A DNA stretch of 47,420 bases from Piedraia hortae CBS 480.64 (Eukaryota): the NCBI GenBank assembly GCA_010093745.1, contig MU005973.1, positions 248,001 through 295,420 on the forward strand, in the 5' to 3' direction. The notes beneath the pieces were generated by a model. The model was not told the DNA's origin, searched no databases, and saw only the letters and a program-made list of their open reading frames with translations. The position numbers and the translations under genes were made by a program. Of the stretch, positions 11,776 to 24,149 are shown in pieces; within the stretch, counting starts at the first letter, position 1; each line of letters begins with the position of its first letter.

Positions 11776-12895
11776 CATATATCAATATGGCAATAACCGA
11801 CAAACTGATGCCAAGCACCACACCACAAACCCGCACTTTGCGACTTCTCCTCCTTCCACTCTGAACGACCCCATTTTTCCCCAGATGTATCCTAACCATA
11901 TCCACCACAAACTCCCTATCCATCTCAGCACTCGGATCCAGACCCAATGCACGGATCTGATCTGCACCGATCACAACCACCCTCGGCGTGTCCTCGTCAC
12001 TGTATCGATCCTCCACCATCCTCTCCAGCTTCCTCAAGAACGTCTCCCTCAAATCACGAAAATGCCCCTCAATCTTGTCAGAACTCTCACCCAGAATCCC
12101 CCCCTCCCCCTTCAACATGCTCCATTTTTCCCAATCCCTCTTCCCAACCTTGACCTCCCTCCCATCCCTCCCCTTGACCCTCACCCTGTTCTCCCCAATA
12201 ACCTCGACCAAATAATCAAACAACCCCCTCTTCTCAGCGAGAATCCCATCCGTCGTCGTAGCAACGTACCCTCCCTCCCCCTCCAACAGTGGGATATCCC
12301 TAACCCCCACCGAGAAAAGACATCTCCCCGTCCCCGCCAAACTCCCCAAAAGAAAACAAACCTCCCCACCCCTCTTCACGGGAGGTCCGTCCAGAATAAG
12401 AACCCTTTTCCCCTGCATCACGAACCTCAACAGCATAAAAACCCTCTCGCCTAAAAGACGCACCAAAGCCCCGAATCTTTTCCTCGGATTTTCAGCCTCC
12501 GGGGTGGGATCCTCCAGAGAGTCCTTCAGGGTGCAAGTCCCCCAAAACCCCTCCAACTCCTCCTCCTCCCCATCCACCAACTCCCTCAACTTCGGAATAT
12601 ATTTCCACAGATCCCCCCCTGCCGTCCTTGGAATCAAAACCCCAAGAGAGCTAAACTCCGCCCCCCTCTGACTCGCCCCGCTCTTGCGCTGCTGGAAGAC
12701 CGCCACCCCGATTTGGTCGGCGTGGGAGAAGTAGATCACGTCCGACGGGACGGCGTGCAGGCCCGAGGGAAAGAGTTTATATTCGATTTCCGCTAGGGAA
12801 AGGGAGAGGGTAGGGTCGCTTCGCGAGAAGGTCAGTTTATAGCCCACGCGGGGGTGGAAGTGTGCGAGTATTAGGGCCGTGGTTTTGGGGGCCAT
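11762..12895 (-). CDS. DUF2347/Anr2-like (AVL9/DENN-related) protein with a C-terminal hydrophobic segment
   Basis: F...GY and IEYKLFPSGLHAVPSDVIYF; KRVLIL..PPV; LFSVGVRDIP; YVATTTDGIL; GLDP.AEMDREFV. Confidence 0.72.
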   Translation of the reverse strand: MAPKTTALILAHFHPRVGYKLTFSRSDPTLSLSLAEIEYKLFPSGLHAVPSDVIYFSHADQIGVAVFQQRKSGASQRGAEFSSLGVLIPRTAGGDLWKYIPKLRELVDGEEEELEGFWGTCTLKDSLEDPTPEAENPRKRFGALVRLLGERVFMLLRFVMQGKRVLILDGPPVKRGGEVCFLLGSLAGTGRCLFSVGVRDIPLLEGEGGYVATTTDGILAEKRGLFDYLVEVIGENRVRVKGRDGREVKVGKRDWEKWSMLKGEGGILGESSDKIEGHFRDLRETFLRKLERMVEDRYSDEDTPRVVVIGADQIRALGLDPSAEMDREFVVDMVRIHLGKNGVVQSGRRRSRKVRVCGVVLGISLSVIAILIYVNYC

Positions 12896-13094
12896 TTTTC
12901 AATGGGTGGTGGGCGGGTTTGATGCTTTGTGGGAGAAGCGATTGTGGATACGATAGATTTGCTGGTCGAAGTTCTGTTGGTGGGATTTAACTTGACAGGT
13001 GGAGAAACATCTATGACAGGACGTCTATGGAATGAAAGAAAAAATTTCTACATTACGATAGTCTGATTCATGAACAGCAAAAACGCAGGGGATT

Positions 13095-14605
13095 CTAGCC
13101 CAGGGTTCCGCGGCCGGGGGTTCTGTTTAATGCGCTGCCTCGTTTCTCGCCTAACGCAGGCGCACTAACATCGCGACGTTCTTTGACTCCTACAAGCATC
13201 TGCTTCCGAGGCGTCAAATGGCCCGTCGCGAAGCTCCTAGCTCGGTCGCGGCGATATTTGATTGCTTCGAGGGCTGCTTCGCGGTCAAAGGAACCCGCTG
13301 GCGCGATGTTTTCTGCGTCTTCGACCGCGCTGGGGGTGAAGTCTACTGCTGTGGGTTTGGTTACGGGCGTGAAATGCATGGGTATTGTTGTTGTGGTTGT
13401 TGTGGTGCGTACGAAGCGATGACGGGGGGATTCGGGAGGGGTTTGGGGGTCTGGTTCTGCTTCGTGTGTGTTGTTGATCGCTGTCTCTCCTGCTGCTTTT
13501 TCGGTTGTGCGTTGACTGCCACGGCAGGAGCAGCATTGGAAGCGGCATTCCAACGTCAGGAACTCGACCATTTCTTCGAGATGCTCCCTCAGCATCTGTT
13601 CTTTCAGTAAGTCGTCTTTGAGGGTTTTTATTTCCGTTGTCGTCTTCTTCGATACTGTCCCGCCATTCTCCTTGTCTGAGAGTCGCTGCATGTCGACGTC
13701 TTCTTCTTCTGGGAGAGCAATCTTCCCCTCTGCTGCAATCCGGGCGACTTCTTCCTCGCGGAGGTTCTTCTTCAGCGCCTCTTTCTCCTCGTCTGCGATC
13801 TTGACGTACGCCCTAAGCTTCTCGACCTCTTCCTGTAGAGCTGCCAGTTTGTATTGCGCACTAAATGTGTCCTCTTCCCGCCGTTGCACCTTTTCCTTTT
13901 CCACATCCAGCCCCGAGTTTGCAATCTGAAGCTTGCTGCGCATCGACTTGATGTCTTCTTGCAGTTTGATTACTGCTGATGAAGACTTGAGTGCTTCCTT
14001 ACGGTACTTTCGAACCTCTTTCTCGTACACCCCAACCTGTGAAGCCAGTTGTGCCTTTTCGCTTGCGTGTTCCTCCTAATACATTGTTAGTCGTCCTTCA
14101 ATGTCCCTGCCTTTTCACATACCATCATCGTTTCCAGCCGTTCGGCTACCCTTCTTTCCCTCTCCCTGCTCTCCCCCAACTCAGCCCTCAACTGCTCTGC
14201 CTCCTCCTTCAGCTTCCGCGCATCGCTCTCTGCTTCTTCACGTGCAATCCGTGCGCGACGTAGCTCCGCCTCATGCCGCTTCCTTGTCTCTGCGTCGCGG
14301 TCGCGGACGTCCAGATGCTCAAATCGCTTCACGAGGCCTTGCACGTCACTATTAGATTGAAGTTTTACGGCGGTGAACTCTGGAAGACTCGGTGACGTGT
14401 TCAGTGCTGATCCAAAGGGCAATGTCTTGGAAGGCGAGTGAGGGTTGTAGTCGGCAAAGAGGTTTCCGGCCCGCGTGGGCGAAGAGTGGACGCTCGACGG
14501 CTGCTTCGCCCGGCCGTCCATTGATAGTCGTTCGGGAGAATATGAGCCGCGCGGCGGTGGTGCCTTTGGCGGAATGGCAAAGAAGGACGGGGGCTCCATA
14601 ACCAT
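13095..14605 (-). CDS. Fungal coiled-coil protein of unknown function; intron 14122-14076
   Basis: GTATGT..CTAAC..TAG intron joins the two long ORFs; YEKEVRKYRKEA, LTLECRFQCCSC, FDREAALEAIKYRRDRARS, TPRKQM. Confidence 0.75.
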
Positions 14606-14801
14606 GCTGTCTTTCTGTGTGCGTCGCGTAATTTCTGTGATTGTTGACAACAGTATTATTGGGTGGGGAGGGGGCCGCGATGACCCAGCAACGCCCGCAT
14701 AGATAATCTTATCTGATCCCACGGAACGGTCCGCCATCCCGCGCCAAGACTCGTCACCCACGCCAAAAAACCACCCACACGTCCACCTGCAACAGCTCAA
14801 C

Positions 14802-15543
14802 ATGTCCGAAGCCGAAGTCGAGGTAGAAGCGCCCAAGGGCTACCAGTCTCTGCCAAAGGAAGCTGCCAAGGAGATTGGCACCACAAAGCTGTTCAACAAG
14901 TGGAGCTACGAGGAAGTCGAGATCCGCGACATTTCGCTCACGTATGTCTGCGACGCCGCCGCAGCTGTACAAGGCTAACGCGATTGTGATCAGTGACTAC
15001 ATACAAATTCGCCAGCCCGTCTACCTCCCGCACTCGGCCGGCCGTTATGCTGCGAAGCGCTTCCGCAAGGCACAATGCCCCATCATCGAGCGTCTCACCA
15101 ACTCCCTCATGATGAACGGACGCAACAACGGAAAGAAGCTCATGGCTGTGCGGATCGTGGCTCATGCGTTTGAGATTGTGCGTGTCCAAGTAATGACAAA
15201 CCAGTACGCTTACTAACGAGTTCAGATCTACATTATGACGGATCAGAACCCCATTCAGGTCGCTGTTGACGCTATTGTGAACTGCGGCCCGCGGGAAGAC
15301 TCCACGCGCATCGGTAGCGCTGGAACTGTGCGTCGCCAGGCTGTGGATGTATCGCCTCTCCGCCGTGTAAACCAGGCCATTGCCCTGCTCACCATCGGTG
15401 CTCGCGAGGCCGCCTTCCGCAATATCAAGAGCGTCGCTGAATGCCTTGCTGAAGAATTGATCAACGCTGCAAAGGGAAGCAGCAACAGCTATGCCATCAA
15501 GAAGAAGGACGAGCTCGAGCGTGTGGCCAAGTCCAACAGATAG
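14802..15543 (+). CDS. RPS5: 40S ribosomal protein S5 (uS7); introns 14942-14993 and 15178-15225
   Basis: [50 protein letters not shown]. Confidence 0.97.
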
Positions 15544-15899
15544 GTTGTTTCGAAAAGCTGTTTGCTTCCCGTCTTTTTTCCATGCCGCGCTTGCTGCCTG
15601 GTGGATAGTCTCCAAATTTTACTGATTTGGTGATGGCGGCGCATTGTCCCATTAGCTAGAGTACTGGAATCTGCTCCCTTTGAACAGCATTGGTAGAAAG
15701 CAGTAAGTCTACAGGGAGCAGTTAGGAGGAAATCCTTCATGCTGATTGACCCAGATTTAGCGGACGCTAACGGCAGGTCAGCCCTAATTTCTGTCACCCA
15801 ACTGGGAACGGGATCTGCCGGGCAATTATAAACATCAGACGCAAAAAAATAGACATCAGACGAATTCTGCGCAGGATTCACGCTAATGGCGCGCTAGCA

Positions 15900-18867
15900 A
15901 TGCTTCAAACAATCTTAAAACGACGCCAACCCTACTTCAATCACCTGTGACATCTTCAACCCCCTTTACCACGTCGAGGAGACATTCGTGCTAATGTTGC
16001 TGCATTGTAAGCAGCTCATTCAGGCATGCCACCATCTTTCTTATGCCCGTCGCAGTTGCTATTCCACTGATATCGCCGCTGCTGCTGGGGCTATTGCCGC
16101 CGTTGTTGATACCGGTGCTGCAGAAGCCGTGCTGCTCGGCTGGGGTACGCCCGCACCTTCAATAGGAGCACCCCTTCTTGCAGTTGCACCAGAAATGTGG
16201 TTCTCTCACCAGAGATAGTTACTCCTGAAGGAAAGTAGTTCCATGAAATCAGCATTCTGGACAGCATGAAGATGGAGGCTTGTAAGCCCGGTATGAAACT
16301 GGTATAATATTTTGAGATATTGAAATCTGTACCGGCACCCTCGGGTGAAGAAAAAGTGGCTGCCAATCAAATGTGGCATGGCGATAAATCGAGAATGGAG
16401 CGACAGATTCTGCGCCCAGTAGATTGTTTGAGACTCCGCGAAGGACATCAAGATGTATGGATCGGTGATGTACTGGAGCTGTGTACCGGTGAGCATGCCA
16501 TGTTCTATGGTTGCGAGATCCACACCACGCGGGAGCAGAGCGCATTGATTGTTCGTGCTATCAAGCTGGCCCGGGCAAGACCGACTGCGCCAAGCTCCAA
16601 GAAGGCGAGATTGCTCCTGCCAATAAAAGAAGGTGCATTGGATCTTTCCGAAGAAACAGTCCTACTGGACGAGCGGGATATCGTCAAGGCTCAGAAAGCA
16701 ACCAAGTTTGAGTTTGCTGCCCAGAACGGAGGCCATATCAACGCTGACTTTGAGCAAATGCTTCGTACCCCACACCCCGCAAGGTGGTGTGAATTAGATG
16801 TGGTCCAGTGCAACTTTTGCTTCTGGACAGACGGTACCAGTGCTGTCAGAAGCTCTCGCTGGAACCCCATTCAGGCCCTCTCTATGACACTTGCTGGAAG
16901 GCCCCGGAAGGTAAGTCGGCCAAATACTAGTCACATCTTCATTGTAGTAATGAATTGTCAAACAGGAGAACTTTCATCCATCGGCACACATTTTCATAAC
17001 CGCTGGCGAGGATATCAAAGGCCACCACATGATTGGTGCGATGATCCCCGAAATAAGTCGACTCCAGCGTGGAATACTGGCGTTCAATCCTGCAAGTCGA
17101 TCCAGACGAGTCCTTGTTGGCGGCCCGGTGATGGTGCAAGCAGATAATGCCGAGGTTTCAGAGCTCAGCAGCCACAAGATTTCCAGCAATCTTAACTGCC
17201 GGGTATGCGTCTTTGATAAGAGAGGAGTAGACGGGTGGGAAGGCCTCGTCACCCCGTGTGCTCTACGGGTGCTGCGAATCACGAAAGGCTGGGGTGATGA
17301 GGGTGGAAGGTCTGGCAATTACAAGGCCGTTCGGGCGGCGATTAGACTCCCACTCACAGCCATGTAAAAAATCCCCGGCTTGGATCCGCACCAGGATCTA
17401 CCATACGATAACCTGCATTGTGTCCTGCTGGGTTACGTGCAAATGCTGTGGGCGGAGACGGTGAAGGACCGCAGGGTGAAGCCAGACCTGGAAGATCTTG
17501 ACCTGCGAACGGCCGCCCCCAGTCGCGATGGAGGAATCCAAAGCATGGTAGGTGGCAAGCGCATCACCAATTGGAGCGGGTCGCTACAAGGCGGCGATTT
17601 TCGCTCAATCATCCAGCTTTGGCCATTAATCCTCCTGTCCTTCTACGAATCGAAAGGACTGCTTTCCGAAATGCAGGACCTGATCCACCTCTGATCAACT
17701 TCCGCCAACTTAACGAAGCTATTGTACGCCACGAACCTCACGGATGTCGACGCATGGTCTGAGAAGGTTCAGCAGACATACGAAGAAATGATTTGCGACT
17801 GGGCGGACATGTGGGGCCTTGACTGCATACGCAGCAAGGTCAAACTTCACTTGCTTTGTCATGTGGTGATGTGGGTCAGAAGATTCGGGCCCAACATCGG
17901 TGCTCAGTGCGAGACGCACGAGTGCACGAACAAACACCTGCGCGGAAACGTGGAGCACACTAACCGCCAGGCTTACTCGTTGGACGTCGCAGGGAGGTAC
18001 AGCGTTTTCTCTGGAGCACTCCACTTGGCAGCGGGAGGCTGGTGGCGGATCAATCAGACCCATATGACCTATCCAGGTCGAAGTCTTGTCGCTCTTTTCA
18101 GCTCCTCACTCGTTCAGGAGTTTTGGGGGTTGCCGACAGTGCAAGGCCCGGGAAGTTGCCGATTATGGAGGGAGAGGAACGTGAGCGATGATACAATTGA
18201 TTCAGCTCTACACACCCGCCTTCATGATCAATACTTGGTTCCCTGGGAACATGGCCAATATCAATGGTACCATCGGATGAGCGGATTACATCCCTGCCGC
18301 ATTGGATCCTTCGTACAGTGGACAAACCAGGGCTTAGCTTTGTTCCGCGTACGATTTTTTTTGCGTGAGACTCTCCGAGGTGGAGGTATTGTGTTGTTGG
18401 CGGCCTTCCAGGAAGCCAACCCGCAGTCCGAGGCTGAAGAGTTCAGTGTGGCTGAAGGTCACAAGCTCATTGCACCTGCAGAATGGAACCTGACGTCCTC
18501 GCTGCATGATATTATGGCTGTTCTCAACGTGCAGCATCTGTGCGACAACGGATGCAGACGGACTTGGGTGCCGTCTACATACCGCGTGGAGAGACGACAT
18601 GTTAAGGGAGATATATGGAAGCATGACGAACCCAGGCACGATGGCTGGTTCATAAATGCACACATGATTAAGACAGATGTATGATTTTATAGCAAGAGTT
18701 TTACACAGTTACTTAATAACGAGACAGAAGATTACTATCCATCGCACATGACGCGATTATGCGTAAGACTTTCGTCAAAGTAATATATTATCCGGCGATC
18801 TCCGCAATATTGCATGAAACATAGTATGGAATATTGCGGGGATATAGGGTATTCACGTAATATTGTG
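15900..18867 (+). mobile_element. Disrupted DNA transposon with CMC/EnSpm(CACTA)-related DDE transposase (coding to 18684); left end not identified
   Basis: Motif order WTDGTS..SSRWN, QADN..SEL..H..NCRVC, LDPHQDLPYDNLHCVLLG, LQGGDFR, KVKLHLLCH..VRRFGP..CETHECTN..R..HTNRQA, LNVQHLCDNGC. Intron 16911-16965 (GTAAGT..CAG). In-frame stops at 16236, 16305, 17365, 17692. AATATTG repeats and a ..GTG end at 18867. Confidence 0.78.
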
Positions 18868-19529
18868 CGTTGTTGGCTGTGTAGACGGAGAAGGTCGTCT
18901 ACAACACTGTAACTTTCTGTGCTTGTGGAGGTTTGCAGAAACCGCTCCGTCCTGGAAGAACTTCAAAGCAGATTGGAAACTCTTCGACCACCGGGAAGGA
19001 GTGGCAAGCAACTCAGTACGAGACATATGCATTCACACTAGCGTCCAAAATCTTCCGACTGCTTTGCTGCGTCACAACTGTCTGATGAAATGATCGAACG
19101 AGTCCAAAGAGGGACTTGCTCGCAAGTTGGCAAACGGTCGGGCACAACTATGGTGGAATGGGGCCTTGCTGTTCGGGAAAGATTGCTCAGCTCGGCGAGT
19201 AACGGAAAGGGTGGAGGAAGTGACTTGCATGGAAAGGAAAAGGGAAAGGCGCGGGATTGTGGAAAATAGAACGATGGGCAATGTTTTGAAACGCCAACTG
19301 CATGACTTCTCGTATGGGATGAGTTGGAGTCGAGGTCGTCCGCGTTATAGAGAAGTTCATGAACTGTCTTGGCCCAGAGTACCGTGGTTTTCTGACCTCG
19401 TTCACCCTGGCACACTCTGTTGTCAAACCAAGAGCATACTTTACATAAAGTAGCTGAATTGGCAGATCTCATCTTCTCACAAAACCCTCACGCATCGTCC
19501 TCCTTCTTTGTTCTTCTTCCTTTTCACAA

Positions 19530-19765
19530 GTGTGCAGGACTATATCCTCTCCAGGATGGTACAATTGCCTCATCGCTTCCACATCCTCCCCGTCTAATGA
19601 TATACTTCATCCCCATGTCTGGTCGACCATCCTCAATTCAAACTCCCCATGAGCGTTGAACTTGTCCATGACTGTATTGATCAGGCCTTCGAGTGCAGTG
19701 TCCTGCCTGACAAGCATCCAGCAATTGAGGACGTCTTTCTTGAAATAGACTTTGAAGCAGAGACT
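19530..19765 (-). pseudogene. PB1-domain relic (copy D)
   Basis: LCFKVYF..CWMLVRQDTALEGLINTVMDKF..FELRMVD..(stop at 19607)..ISLDGEDVEAMR; aligns by eye to copy C. Confidence 0.6.
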
Positions 19766-21091
19766 TTGTCCACCTGTTGTTCCATGTGTTTTGCTGGATA
19801 TGCTATTTGATTTTCTTCTCTGAGATGATGTTGTTTGCAAATTTGAGTGTGGATGAAAGGATCGAGCATGTAGAAATGGGAAGCTCGTAGGTATGGAAGC
19901 GAAGCGGTCTGAACGGGAGGGAAGTACCAAGAGATGAGAACAGAAATGTGTGAACAAGTGAATACAAGTGTATCTACGAGGAAACATATATACTTGGACC
20001 GATAGGCCAGTGCGTAGCCTCGTATGACATCGGAAGGAGGGTGGGATCTACTCATATTACTTCGATGTAGGTGAATGGTGACGCAGTCAACAGTGTGTGT
20101 GATGCCTCACTATGGAATCGATCTGAGGTCAAGAGAAGGCTTGCACCGCAAGACTGCAGACTCTCTTCCCGGCCCGAACCGCATTCGCCATGACAACGTC
20201 CTTTGACGTAAATATGCTCCAGGGGAAACATTCTCCATGAGGTAAAAACCCTGGAGAGTTCGGTGCCCTATCTACCTTAGGCAGGCGTCTGACATATGAA
20301 GCGTCATCCATCGTATGACTGTCAGCATTCGGTCAGACTCTATGATTCGCCTCTAACAGTAGCAGGGCGCATTCACCATGTCGCATGCCACATGACCCTG
20401 AGGGAAACCTCTGTGAGGACAAAACCTAGGGTGCAGCTGCTGGTGTAGGAGGTGTCGCTGACGCTGCCTAAGTACCCCGCATGTATGCTAGTGGCGACGC
20501 TTGACTCCAACAGAGCAAAGGTACTCGATGTCATTTTAAAGGAGATTGGAAGTGTAGCAGGAAGATGGAGCAATTCACTGATGGGTTGTGCAGCTTGAGT
20601 CCGTAAATGTTTAGAATGTTAGTCAGATTCACGGAGCATGCTTGCATGACGATAATGCGCTACATAAACTCTGGTTATCCAGCCGAGTAGCGAGGCGGCT
20701 GCTGTAGACGCAGTCCCACGGAATACAAGTGTTGGTCCCGACCTGACCTACGTGCCATCGAGAAATGCCAGTCTGTACTTCAAAACTGCCCTTCACTGTG
20801 ATATTTTTGCTATACCAGAGTAACATCGCGGCAGTTCTAGAATGTATGTGAGCATTCACACATGTAGCAAACACATCAGCAAACAGGGGCAATCAGTAAG
20901 CCTCATCCATCAGCGGAGCTTGTTTTCTCATTTCCAACCCGATAACTTCTCTTCAGCTAGACTGGATTGTTGAAGTTCCTTAAGTAAAGTTTGAGGCTTC
21001 CCAGTGTGTTTTCCCTGTATCTCTGTGGAAATCTCATGGTCTTAGATCAGAATTGTTTGCCGCCCCCTATTGAGTTTGATTCAACTGCGAG

Positions 21092-21517
21092 CTAATAAAT
21101 GACAATAGCCACCCTTAATCCCCTTTCTACCATGTGATGGATATGCCTTATCCAATCCATATCATCGTCGTCTGATAAGGTTATCCAGTCCCCTTCTTCA
21201 TCTTGTACCTTCAGATGAAACATAGCACGGGAGAATAACCCAAATTTTCGCACCACCATGCTATGCAGATCATCAAATCCCGTCTCTTTCGTGATAAAGG
21301 CCCATCGGAAGTCAGAGCCATATTCGCCCATGGATATCTTTAGGCGAACCCTTTTGTCCTCATCTTTGCATATACTTGTTTGAGCGTCGTCTTCCGGTTT
21401 AAGAGTCTCATTCGATTTCACAAGCGACATGCTGCATAGTGTAGGATGCAGGACTGTTAGTGATATGCCAGGCTTGAGGTGTACCAAAGAGTAGAGAGGG
21501 AACGCGGCTATCATCAT
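21092..21517 (-). CDS. PB1-domain ORF with acidic OPCA motif (copy C); domain intact, upstream part of the gene uncertain
   Basis: RVRLKISMG..FRWAFITKETGFDDLHSMVVRKFG..FHLKVQDEEGDWITLSDDDDMDWI: beta-1 Lys plus the D-x-E-G-D..D OPCA motif. Confidence 0.75.
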   Translation of the reverse strand: MMIAAFPLYSLVHLKPGISLTVLHPTLCSMSLVKSNETLKPEDDAQTSICKDEDKRVRLKISMGEYGSDFRWAFITKETGFDDLHSMVVRKFGLFSRAMFHLKVQDEEGDWITLSDDDDMDWIRHIHHMVERGLRVAIVIY

Positions 21518-22109
21518 TTCTTATGAATGAAGAATGTGGTAAGATTGTACAAACATGAAGCTGTCGCCTCCCGGTTTATTGTATAATTTCGGTGATCTTC
21601 TCCTGAAAGGGCCGTTTCACGCCTTTTTGGACTGTGGATATATGTACATTGAGGTTGCCCGCATAAATTCGGTTCGTCTTGCACGTACCTGTAAGTATCT
21701 ATTGGGGCTTGTTGCATTTGGCAAATCCAGTTGCACACACGCATTCGCCGCGGCAAGAGGGCCCCAAAGCACTGATGATGAAGTGGACTCTTGGACGTAG
21801 AGTGTCCTAGCGATGTGGAATGTCCACGTTGATATCTATGTTGCCTGTTGTGCAGGTCACCGCGGAGCGATCTGCAGGTGATGATCCACATCCCTGACCA
21901 GGGTTCGGGTACTTGGGAATTTTCTTGTGTCGCTCTAGGTACGCATATATACGGACGCACCTGCGAGGTGCCGCTGCTTATTAAAACATTGCCAGAAGAT
22001 TAGAATGAGCTATTCATTCGTTTCATGACCATGCTAGTACACACTATCGTAAATGCACGTCAACATTCTCCAGTTCTTGTGCAACAGACATGACTTAAGT
22101 TGACGGGCA

Positions 22110-22362
22110 GGCCTAGCGTAATTTCACTACCAATTTCAAAGTCGTCCCTCTTGTATTGCAATGAAATCTCCACCATATCTTCGTCATCCGCTAGGAGGGT
22201 CCATTCTTATCTTCATCCTGCCATTTTATCCTGGATATGCAAAATGCCACCCCGAACCTTTTTACGATCACCGCCTCTAAGACATCGAAGTTGGCGTCTT
22301 TTGGAACGTACATCCATTGAATTTTCGACTCATCTTCACCTCAGTATGTCTTGAAGTAAATC
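22110..22362 (-). pseudogene. PB1-domain relic (copy B)
   Basis: IYFKTY*GE..IQWMYVPKDANFDVLEAVIVKRFG..IKWQDED(frameshift)EWTLLADDEDM. Confidence 0.65.
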
Positions 22363-23019
22363 CACCCCATTGCAGCTAGTCGTTAAGTAGACAAGGGACT
22401 CGCCATTTGCATTTGACGGAAGAATCATGAGGTAGTTTATCGTGGACTAATGGAGGCTTGCAAGAGATTTCTGAACGCTTTCATCTTGCCGAGTGGAAAT
22501 TCGGAGCAAATTCCCTGCAAACGTAAAATACGGGCGCATGCCAGAAGCCGCTGCATAATCACATCTTCGGCGTATCCGCGGCATAGAGGATGCATGGAGT
22601 CAAAATATAGTGGGGAATGATCCATCCCAAAAAAAAAACACATTAGTCCTAACCTCTATCCTGGAAACGCTGATGGGGCTTGTGTAGTGGGCGAAACACA
22701 GATATGCAGCTACCGTTCAAACGCAAATTGTCTCAAATTTTTCCCAACGATACTATTGCTTCGTTTGCTTCTGCGATGAGGCCGACCGGCCAGGTGAATG
22801 TCCCGCTGCATGTGCGGCCACGAACAGCAAAATGCAGTTTGCATTGGATGATCTGAAAAGATCACGCACGATCAATTCCATTGGAAGAGAGGCAGAGAAA
22901 TACTCAGCGTGTACATATGGTTTTATCGACACACAACAAACGACGAATCTTGACAGAAGTTTTTTCTCATTCCAATATCAATACAGTACAACACTTAAAC
23001 CGGGCTTACTAGTCCTGAG

Positions 23020-23275
23020 CTCCCAATCGCAAAATTAACTCCCCCTTTCTTGGGTCGCATAACATCAAAATGCCATCATCGTCTGCTAAGGTAATCTAAT
23101 CATCATTAGCAACCCGCACTTCTAATATGAAATTACTATTGTCCATATCAAATTTGAACGAAATCTGCCGTTTCACATATTTGAAGATGGCATAGTGCGG
23201 CCATGACCGAACCCATCTGATGTGCTTGATAGTTGTAGAGAGGCCATTGTAGGTCTTCAAATGGACTGAAGGTGC
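23020..23275 (-). pseudogene. PB1-domain relic (copy A)
   Basis: SVHLKTYNG..IRWV..FKYVKRQISFKFDM..FILEVRVANDD*ITLADDDG; TAG at 23096-23098 sits where copy C has W. Confidence 0.62.
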
Positions 23276-24149
23276 AACATCTTCTTTCTTAAAACCCCGC
23301 GAATGAGCTTCACATCTTTTTGGTCTCGTTTGCAAGGCTGCGATCCGTGTGCTGCGTTTGCAATGCAGTGGTTTCCCGGTTGACTGTAAACGGCCTGGCG
23401 TCTTCACCTGCAGCATCACATAGCCTCTACTTTACCCAAGTAGCCCCCCCCTCCTTTCCCCTTTCTTCCATACAGGGTGGTTGCGAACCGCCTGGCATTT
23501 TTCACCTTGCAGCTTTCCATAGTTCAATTATTAAAATTCTGGTCAGAAGCAGACCCCCCACCTTGTTCCCCTCACCTTCTATATTCATCATACTCTTCCC
23601 TCCAGTCATAGTTCTCACAGCTCGTTTCGGAGGATGAGGGTACACACAACCAAATATATATCCTTCTGTACATACATGTCTCCCTACATCAATTTTTTTT
23701 TCTCATGACCTAAAACAATCACCCGAGAGCGTAAAAAGCAGCCCAGGCGAACACATCTCTATGCTAGAAAGGACTGTAGAACCGCGTCGCCCAAAGTAAA
23801 CAATAATTTCCATAAACATCGGTCGACTGAACCCTTTCTCACTTTCAACAGTTTCCCGGGACTCCTTGAAAGATAGTCGACCCACGGGGCAGTTCTGACC
23901 CCTAGCAAAATGTTAAAACAGAAGCTCCTGATTTTCATGTCGTGGGCAAGAGGAGGAAAGGATTCAACTTTGCAGAAACCTAGGAAAGTCTGGCAGTACA
24001 TGTTCACGTGTTCTCGGCAACGTGGCTTCATGTTAACACAAAGTACAGGTGAGATTGTATGCAGTTAACATAATGGCGGAGCCTCCCTGTTCAAAAAGGG
24101 ATTAAGCCTTTAGCTCGCTAGGTCCAGCAATACTCTCCCCTCTACCGCT

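Noticed and set aside
11681..12454. Pro/His-rich ORFs here and similar shadow ORFs at 33229-33657 and 4076-4837
   Set aside because: Antisense shadows produced by strong G/C skew in real genes.
16911..17147. Apparent frameshift in the transposase
   Set aside because: A canonical 55-nt intron (16911-16965) restores the frame.
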